DNA of 55,830 bases, the filler included, from Sphacelaria rigidula (Eukaryota), in NCBI GenBank assembly GCA_964200075.2. It is 6 parts of 6 records of this genome, joined end to end, with 100 filler letters (N's around TTAATTAATTAA, not from the genome) between each part and the next. Parts side by side here need not be neighbours in the genome. Positions count along the whole stretch, not along the records: positions 46,610 to 55,830 come from CAXNAA020009010.1; 5 more parts are not named here. One strand, written 5' to 3'. A model generated the notes under the pieces. The model had not been told where the DNA came from. It saw only the letters and a program-made list of their open reading frames with translations, and did not search any database. Made by a program: the position numbers and the translations under genes. Shown here piece after piece: positions 47,862-55,830 of the stretch; the stretch's first letter is position 1, and each line of letters starts with the position of its first letter.

Positions 47862-47977
47862 CCTTTAAGATCTTCTCTGATGCCCTTGATGTCCATGTAC
47901 ATTTCCACATGCTCCCGTGTCGTGAGCAGTGGCATGAGCGCATCGTGCTGCGGGCATATACCGATGCTTTGTCGCAC
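47862..47977 (-). CDS. ABCA: ABCA transporter exon (Q-loop)
   Basis: VRQSIGICPQHDALMPLLTTREHVEMYMDIKGIREDLK(G). Phase matching points to a GC donor (GG|GCGAGT). Confidence 0.9.
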
Positions 47978-48574
47978 CTGTTACGCCAAAATGGGAGCGC
48001 CGACATACAAATGATGTGGTCCTGCCCACGTCAGACTACGTACTTCTCTCACCTGCACTCTTGCTGCACTGCAAGCATACTACAGCACTAGAGAAAACCT
48101 GACCGCATCACATGCCTCCAGATGCAGGGGATAGGAGATAGTATCGTCACTTTTGCGTTTGTGAAAATGTCAAAGCTATGGAAGCTTTCGCACGGAGGGA
48201 GAAAGTCGTCCTAACCTCCGTGTGCGATACAACGGGAGAGGCCTGTATGGCTCAACTGGCCCTTGCTATATTTAAGACTGCGGATTTGCCAACGGAGGGC
48301 TAACGGGTGGGTAGATGGAAGGACATACTAGGTGCTGATGTACGCCACGTCTAAATGTGGCACGATCGACTCCACATTGTGAAAATTTTGCATCGCAAGT
48401 GTTGCTCGCTCTGCAACGTCCGTAACGCCAAACCATCTCCGCAGCATAGAACCCCTTGAAGACGGTGCAACGGACCTCCTACTTCGAAATCACAGGATTA
48501 CACGTGAAAACGCTGCGTGAATGTTCACGCGACATATCATGTGGCACATACTGTCAGACGAGGAAAGGTGTCAC

Positions 48575-48672
48575 CTGCGCTAAGTTATGAGTGACACTAT
48601 GTCCCCACACTACCGCATCCCCGCTGGTAGCCCCCAGCTGGCCAGTCAGCATCGATATCGTCGTAGATTTAC
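48575..48672 (-). CDS. ABCA: ABCA transporter exon (end of Walker A)
   Basis: (G)KSTTISMLTGQLGATSGDAVVWGHSVTHNLAQ; TACAG|...|GTGAC. Confidence 0.93.
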
Positions 48673-48932
48673 CTGTAAGACATCCATTAGATGCGGAACG
48701 GAGCAAAGACTTCAATATCACGATGGGAGATCGCGAAACAACGCACCGCTTATTTCGTCATGGCCCTGACATACATCGCAACTCTGCAGAGTCCTGTATG
48801 ATCCGCACCGCCGGATGGGTCATTGGGAATGACAATTACACCGTCTTGCGTGTGGTGTCCACCCGCACATCATCACGGTACACATGATTATTACCCACAA
48901 CAATTTATCATCGAGTTCTTAAAATCTCTTAC

Positions 48933-49332
48933 CAGCACCGTTGTGCCCCAGTATGCATGTGATATCCCCTGGAAGCAGCCGTAGATTTAGCCCAACCACC
49001 GCCACCTTCTCCCCAAACTCCTTTCTCAGCCCCGAGATAACAACCCCGGCTTGTTCGCTCCCATCTCCCCCCTCCCAACTCCCACCCGATGATGCGTGTA
49101 GAGGTTCGAAGTCGCCAGGGTCGCCCTCAAACCCTGACCCCATCCGTTCACCCGCCTCCTCGTCTGGAGCGGGAGTGTCATCGGGTTCGTCTTGGTGGAG
49201 GGATATCCATCTAGTCGAACCGAACAAAGAGTTGAGGCCGACAGCGTTGGCTGCCCGTCGGGTACGGGACCTGAGTACGGCTCCGAGGAAGCGGAGAGGG
49301 TTGTGGGATGTGCCGTACTCTGACGGGACCAC
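48933..49332 (-). CDS. ABCA: ABCA transporter exon (linker and start of NBD1)
   Basis: VVPSEYG...GVVISGLRKEFGEKVAVVGLNLRLLPGDITCILGHNGA(G); CAG|...|GTAAG. Confidence 0.93.
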
Positions 49333-49747
49333 CTGCTCGCCGGGAAAGTCAATGTCGCATGTCGTTGGTGAGAGTATGAAAATACGGTGAGGTTTGGCGG
49401 TTGAGATGTAAAATGGGGGGTTGTCTAGATGGGGCACTGCGCGAGTGGCGCCTTGGTTGACGTGGCCGAGACGTTCCTTGGCGTTCGACGGATGATGCCA
49501 GATGATGGTGTCTTCATGTACTCTCACACACGCACCACAGCACTGGATGAGCCGTATGAGGCAAAGAACCCCTGACATGACCCGCCGATCAAGCCTGTAG
49601 ACGCGTTACGCAAAAGCGATTGTTGAGCAAAACACAAGGGCGCTACACGAGGAGCTTCCACGGCGGGAAAGCATGCCACCAGCACATGGGCAACAGAAGG
49701 CATGACGTCTGCGGAACGGGAGCACAAAGTCGCCGTGGCCTACTCAC

Positions 49748-49943
49748 CTTGTCCAGATACCAGGCCAACAAGCTGTACAGTAGCGCGTCGAAGAACATCA
49801 TCTCGATTGACGTCAGTAGAGAATACTCTCCTTCGGAAAAGTTGCCCCATCCCGCTCCGACCCCCGCGTACTCGTAGTCTGCGATGAAATCCGCGCCAAA
49901 CGTGAATGCCGTTGGTGACAAAAGCGACGCCAGCTTCTTAGAC
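49748..49943 (-). CDS. ABCA: ABCA transporter exon (end of TMD1)
   Basis: SKKLASLLSPTAFTFGADFIADYE...MMFFDALLYSLLAWYLDK; ATCAG|...|GTGAGT. Confidence 0.93.
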
Positions 49944-50499
49944 CTGATAAAACACAGAGGAAGACACATAAGAAACGCGTATGAGAAACAGGAACGAACA
50001 GTGCAAATGATGACGTACCAAGGTATCTCGTCCAAGGTGAACAAACGTCGCTCTGATGCCCCTTGTTCCTGGGCTTAACACAAACACATGATCGGAAAAA
50101 ACAGAATAATGACGAAAATTAGCACGCGTTGAGGAACGTGAAAGTCTCCCGTACCGACTGAAGGGAAGCCTGCAGCGATGCTTTTCGAAACGCATATCGC
50201 GTGCGTAAGAGACAAGGTAGAGTTGGTCGATCAGCTTGGTGCTTAGTGTGCCACTGGAGCAATCCGACGTCTATGTCCTCTCCATCTCCCGCAGCCGGGC
50301 TCGGAACCGTTCACAAATCACTGTGAGCTGGCCCAGCCCGTATGAGGTTGCTAGCAGATATAAATGTTTAACGTTTTAGACCACCAACAGCGATACAAGT
50401 TGTCTACGTAATATTTCTCTCCCTCGGAGTTTGCACTTTCCGGAGCATGAACCACCTCGTGCTTCTCTGCTACTTCAGCCTGTTTTGTCTGCCGCTTAC

Positions 50500-50594
50500 C
50501 TGGGGGCCTCGTGTCGATTGGAGCCGTAGAATATGTACCTCGGCAAAACGCCGGCGAATAACACACAAGGGGCTGCGATAGAAGCCAACTTTGC
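50500..50594 (-). CDS. ABCA: ABCA transporter exon (TM helix)
   Basis: AKLASIAAPCVLFAGVLPRYIFYGSNRHEAP(R); GACAG|...|GTAAG. Phases 0/2 fit both neighbours. Confidence 0.9.
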
Positions 50595-51124
50595 CTGTCA
50601 AACGGTCAACAGTCGGACGTGCAGAGAAGCAGACAAAGGCGGTGTTCGAAGGAGAACGGTAAAAAGCCCAAGATATTCGACGTCCCACACAATCAGAGAC
50701 CGACGGTCGGGAGCCAACAGAAGACAACAGCGACTTCATTCATGCGATACGCGCCAGGGCTCTACCAAAAAACGTCAGATTTTGCATCATCAAATATATC
50801 GGGGGCAGAGTTGCCAACAGGACAAGGCATTTGGCAGCATGCCGTGCGACAAGACCATTAGGAGCGGGGCTAAGCTTCATACCGGAAGAATGCCCTTCAC
50901 ATTATCCCCGACGCGGCTGCAATACTGCACTCCATACACTGAACCACGCGAGTCAAGGGAGGCAGTAACCCAGATATGACTATATAGACACCCATTCAAA
51001 CATGTCAACACGAAAACCTTAGATATACATGAGCATAAAACTGTGCTTTTGTCAACCGCCTCCCCAGCGCCAAAATGTTTTGGACTCTGGCTATCTTTAC
51101 TTCTTTCTTCCGCACCTATATACA

Positions 51125-51770
51125 AGTTTACACGGTTCGAATGACGCAGTGCAACTAGTTTTGGAGCGGTCCTCGTGTTACGGGTATAATCAATCACGAG
51201 GGAGGTATCTTGTACGAGTTATGAGGGTACACTGGTTGCTGTTGGCGTTTTGAGTATACCTGATTCGGATTACACAGGTGCGCCTGAGGAGGTGATGTAC
51301 GGATAAACAGAGTAAACACATCACCTATGGAAACCCTGGCACAAATCCGAGAGGTGTCCACAAGAAAATCAAGGGAAGCGGCCTGAGAGGAATGCGACGG
51401 TGCAATGGTGAAACAAATTCGAGATGGCAATGCCCAGTACCACTGTGAGGCAAATTTTGGCATGCGCTGAGAAGCAACACGGCACTACAAAGCACACGTC
51501 GGACAGATCATCATCTGTCACCCGGGCCATACAGGAAGAGTTTGAACACAATAGTGTACACGATTCGAACGACGCAGTGCAACTAGTTTTGGAGCGGTCC
51601 TCGTGTTACGGGTATAATCAATCACGAGGGTGGTATCTTGTACGAGTCATGAGGGTTCACAGGCTGTTGTTGGCGTTTTGAGTATACCTGATTCGGATTA
51701 CACAGGTGTGCCTGAGGAGGGGATGTACGTATAAACAGAGTAAACACATCACCTATGGAAACCCTGGCAC
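51125..51770. repeat. Intronic ~218-bp direct repeat pair (51125-51342 and 51553-51770)
   Basis: Highly similar copies 428 bp apart, separated by ~210 bp of unrelated sequence. Confidence 0.88.
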
Positions 51771-53210
51771 GAATACTGGAGTCATACAGATCACGGCCAA
51801 GCGGACTTGTACGAGTCACAGAGTCATGAAGATCGTTCATGAGGCCATGTGTACAGAGCGACCGGCTTCTTCAGGTTACCAGCCGAGAAATATGTGTAGA
51901 TTAAATGGGTCATACGGGTACAGATCAATCGCAGGTGGAAAGGTCATGCGGCTGATCGTCGGGCAGGCTCGCGGGGGCCAACCGTGCTTCGTCAATGCCG
52001 GAAACGTACACGTCAATGACTCTTCCCCGGAATTCTTCGTCAGACGCTGGCCGAACAGCATCGTGATGAGTTAATTGAGCACATAGCTACATCTTGTCTT
52101 TTCCTTTTCCCGCGGCGCATGAGTACGCACCCTGAACAAGATATTACGGAAACAGTCGTCCGTACTGCCGCTGGCATAGCTGAACATTCGCCTCCTCTCC
52201 GCGAATCACAACAATTACTCCTCACCACTACTGCTACTGCTACCGGAGTGAAGAAGTCTAAATTACGTTCTGCCACGACGCTTAGCGCTACGTAAAAGCA
52301 TACGAAAAAAACGCTGCCAAGTGAAGTCAACGCTAATGCAGAGGCCACTGCTGTAGTTACTCTTGAGTGAGAACCGGGTGGCTGTTGCTATCAGCAAAGC
52401 GATGCGTGTTGTGCGAGATGACCTCGCTCCTTAGGCTCATGGCATATGCCGTTTCTTCCACACGTCTACCCTGTGTTGAGCATGCGAGCGGATCAGAGCT
52501 CCAAAGTGATACCCATAGATTTTACCAGTCCTGCGAAAAACTATGCGTACTTCGTGTTCCACGTGCCCGGGCTGCTACAGTCAACCTACGGACTTGTGAA
52601 CATGCACCATGTACCCGAGCCATGAAGGTTAGCAGGTGAGGAATACTGAATACTGAATCTTGTAAACTTGATCCAGATCTTACGGGTGCGGGAACTCTTT
52701 CTTGTATACTAGATTCGCATTCCACGGGTGAGGGGTAGCTTTTGGTATACATGATATTCAAATCGCGCGGGTCGACGAGAAGCTGCTGCGTTCGCCTGAG
52801 CCGAGTTATATAGATGACAACTACGTGATATTGCACAGATGCCACAGTTCTACAGATCAATTGTACACGAAAGTGTGTGTGAAGCGGGTCGCACAGCTCG
52901 TCGCTTGGCAAAAATGTACGGGTCAAGCGGGTCCTACCGATCACCATCGGACAAGCGTGCACGGGTGACGGCACACCTCGGACAGATCACGATCTACGCC
53001 CCCAAATGAGCTGATGCAAATATGTCACGAGCTGATCTGTCCGATGTGTGCTTCAAAGCAACCGCACGGCATCATCAACACAAAGCGCCACAAACCCAGG
53101 TCACACGACGAGGCAAGCCAAAGATAGAACACCACTAACGAGAAAAGATAATCGAAATCGACCCCGGGTGGTGTGTACGGCAAGAGCAACACAAGATCGA
53201 AGCGATATAC

Positions 53211-53495
53211 CTTGGAAAATACAGCTGCAACCATGAGCGCAAGTCCGACCTCGCTGAGGGTGAACGACAGCATGAATACCAGAAGCAGGCTGCCATCGGC
53301 GAGCGGCAAAAACGTCCACGACAGCATTGCCGACACGCTGACCGCGATGAACGTGAAAACGGCTGCGCCCGTGATCCACCACGATAGCTCGTGTGCCCAT
53401 GTTCGCAGGCCCATAATGCGCATGGTCTCGCGCACGCGGCTCTCCTTCTCTTCGACCACGCTTTTGACCAGCCGAGACAGGGGATACATGGTGCT
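53211..53495 (-). CDS. ABCA: ABCA transporter exon (TMD1, EKE motif)
   Basis: STMYPLSRLVKSVVEEKESRVRETMRIMGL...LMVAAVFSK; CCCAG|...|GTATA; 285 bp. The gene is truncated by both contig ends. Confidence 0.93.
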
Positions 53496-55187
53496 CTGGG
53501 GCAAAAACACGCGAGACACGAAGTTGGCGGGCCGGCAAGAAAAGAGGAGGAGAGAAAGGGAAAACAAAAATGAAAACAAATTTTACCTTGGTCCAGACAA
53601 GAGTATATTGTTTATCTCGCAAACATGAACACCAATCAGGACAAACAAAGATGGAGGACAACGGCCGCGTTCGAAACCCACTTCTTCATCGGCGAAATAG
53701 TTTCGGAACAATAGAAATTATATTCATCTCGCTGGTGGAAGAAAATAAACAAAGCCAGTTAACGGCACCCTCACCCTCACCCTCATGAACGGCATCAATA
53801 TCATTAGACGCCAACAGGAAAGAAAAAACCCACACACAACACTTGCCGCGACGAGGCTGCGGGGATACTGTACGTGTACGTGGATTGCGACATCCGTTGC
53901 ATCGGAGGTGAGGGGGAACACGGCCCTCAGGCCTTTTATGCATCACATGCCCAAGGGCTGATCGTACGGAACAGCCCATCAACTGCTGGAGTACGACCAA
54001 GGCAGAGTCATTCGGCGATCCAATGGTACAACTTCACCGTCGGGTCGGGAAAGGGCGGGTTGTTCGATTTCCGGCAAATGCACTCCTATTTTTTTATCTA
54101 ACAAGTACAGTGTCTGACTTCCGTCGTTCAAACATGAGGACACATTACATGACGCAGTCCGCGCGGTGCTGAAATGCTGGTCATGATCCAAGCCGCGATA
54201 TTAATATGCGAGGTGCGTAACGGGCGAGGTTTGACTCTATCCCGTGACACTGAGGACCCGTCTCGAGGAAGGCGAGGGGTTCAACGCTTGTCGACAAAAT
54301 ATAAATGTTACGGCTGGAACGGTCATGTAAGGGGGAACTTGGACCCGCATGAAGTATTTACAGTGTCCAGCGGGACAGCATGATTTCATGAGCTCTCCAA
54401 TTTTCATCAGATTGATCCACACGAGTATGCGCGTACTTTACAAACGGCGGGTCTATTCGAGGGGTGCGAAGGGAACACGCAAAGCCAGAGACTTGAGCTG
54501 AGCACCTTGCCATGAGGTAGAGGTGTATATCCACGTGTTTCCTGTGGTCAAACGCATGTCTATGTGATGCAGTATGCGTGCGTTTACTGCGCAAAGAGTA
54601 TACGCCCTTCGATACAGCGCACAACAAACCTCACATTCCGCACACTTAATGAGACACTACTGAAAGACTACCGGACTGACTTGCCAGAAAGAACGTCCAG
54701 TTCGGGCTGAGGCCCGCAGCCGCATCTCATAACCTCACCGGAAATACGAACTCCGTGTGATCAATACGTCGGAACTAGTACGTGCCTGAGGATTCATTCC
54801 GACTTCCACCGAGTCTTGAGAATTGAAGCCGTCATTTATCGGTGGTGCATTCCTTCGTCAAGAGCCGATTCCAGGCTCGATCGTGAATACGATCTAGCAG
54901 TGTCAACCGAAGTGCATGGCAACAACTGCAACGATATAAAAAGCACTGGAGAATAACAAGACACGCCCGTCATCCTTCAATTCCCCAGCCGCATTTCACG
55001 AGCTACAATACTTGACATGCCCATGGATAAATATTTCTTACCAGATCACTTGTCAGGGTCGGGCTGGTCTGCTTGCTTGTGAGCACAGAATCAGAACAGA
55101 GGCACTTGCTCTACTTGTGTGCCGCTTGTGACTGACGCGGCAGGCCTGCAGCACGAGTGTACTACTGTACAGTATGTTGCTGTATAG

Positions 55188-55615
55188 TGTTGTCATCTCA
55201 TCTATTCTGGACGCCAGTCGACACCTTTCGGTATATGCGAGCGCACCAGCCGGAGATACACAGCAGGAAGGTCATGTCACGACTTTTTCCTTCATTTGGT
55301 TCTAGCATTTTGTCTTACCAGCCGGAGTCACACAGGAGCAAGATCACTTTTGGATTATTTCATTTATAATTTTGTCCAGTACTCCCCCTTCCTTCTGCGG
55401 TGCTCGCCTTATTATTGCGAGAGAGGTACAGCGGTTTATTTCCCTCCTTGACAGTGAAGTTGAACTTCGGGAACCCACCAATTAGTCGTTAGTCGCTCTC
55501 CAGTGTTGGGCATGGTGTGAGGAAAATCATAGATCGTGTGACTTCACCAAGATTCGAACCCACATCCCAACCGTCAGAAGCTTTCAAGGTTATATACTGA
55601 GTCACCAGGGCGACC
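55188..55615 (-). mobile_element. tRNA-derived SINE
   Basis: Minus-strand head GCCCTGGTGACTCAG ... B box GGTTCGAATC (55551-55560). 3' part is shared with 31680-31790. Confidence 0.7.
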
Positions 55616-55830
55616 GACTGTACTATGACCTTACGAGAGCACACATTATTGTCGACCATAGAATCATGTACAGCACCAAGTACACCGTGAAATGTGAAGC
55701 AGCTATATCACAACCGAAGCAAACCTACACCTGATGCAGTATGGGTTATACTCCACATATATACGGATATGACATAACGGGGGGAGGGTGTACTCATGAT
55801 CATGCATGCCATAGTCATAAGACCATTGAG

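Noticed and set aside
40983..53495. Functional linkage of the Dicer-like and ABCA genes
   Set aside because: They lie on different contigs separated by an artificial linker.
53496..55830. Further upstream ABCA exons
   Set aside because: Several AG/GT-bounded candidates were examined, but none gave ABCA-like sequence in the required phase.
1..55830. Endogenous giant-virus (phaeovirus) insertion or prokaryotic contamination
   Set aside because: No compact intronless gene arrays or recognisable viral or bacterial hallmark proteins. Most short ORFs in the track are shadows of repeats or opposite-strand frames.

Overview
Eukaryotic, repeat-rich DNA, most likely from a brown alga (Phaeophyceae). 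This is inferred from ~50% GC, many-intron genes and retroelement proteins resembling those I recall from Ectocarpus. The window is not one locus. It is six length-sorted contigs (9222, 9222, 9222, 9222, 9221 and 9221 bp) joined by identical 100-bp N44-TTAATTAATTAA-N44 linkers, so adjacency across a linker carries no information. Two partial host genes are present, both on the minus strand. The first is the 3' end of an RNase III/Dicer-like gene (3 exons, 40983-44140), whose RNase IIIb-type domain is followed by a ~440-aa tail with three ~76-81-aa repeats rather than a recognisable dsRBD. The second is seven internal exons of an ABCA-subfamily transporter (47416-53495), including one GC-AG intron. 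The rest is transposon-derived: a boundary-complete but RT-deleted Ty3/Gypsy element (21215-26480), two other Gypsy remnants (one with a chromodomain-like plus PWWP-like integrase tail), LINE and SINE fragments, nested non-autonomous DNA transposons (hAT-, piggyBac-, Harbinger- and ISL2EU-like, plus an unclassified AAC...GTT/4-bp-TSD type), a 43-bp palindromic tandem array and an inverted satellite. All identities and alignments were made by eye; no searches were run.
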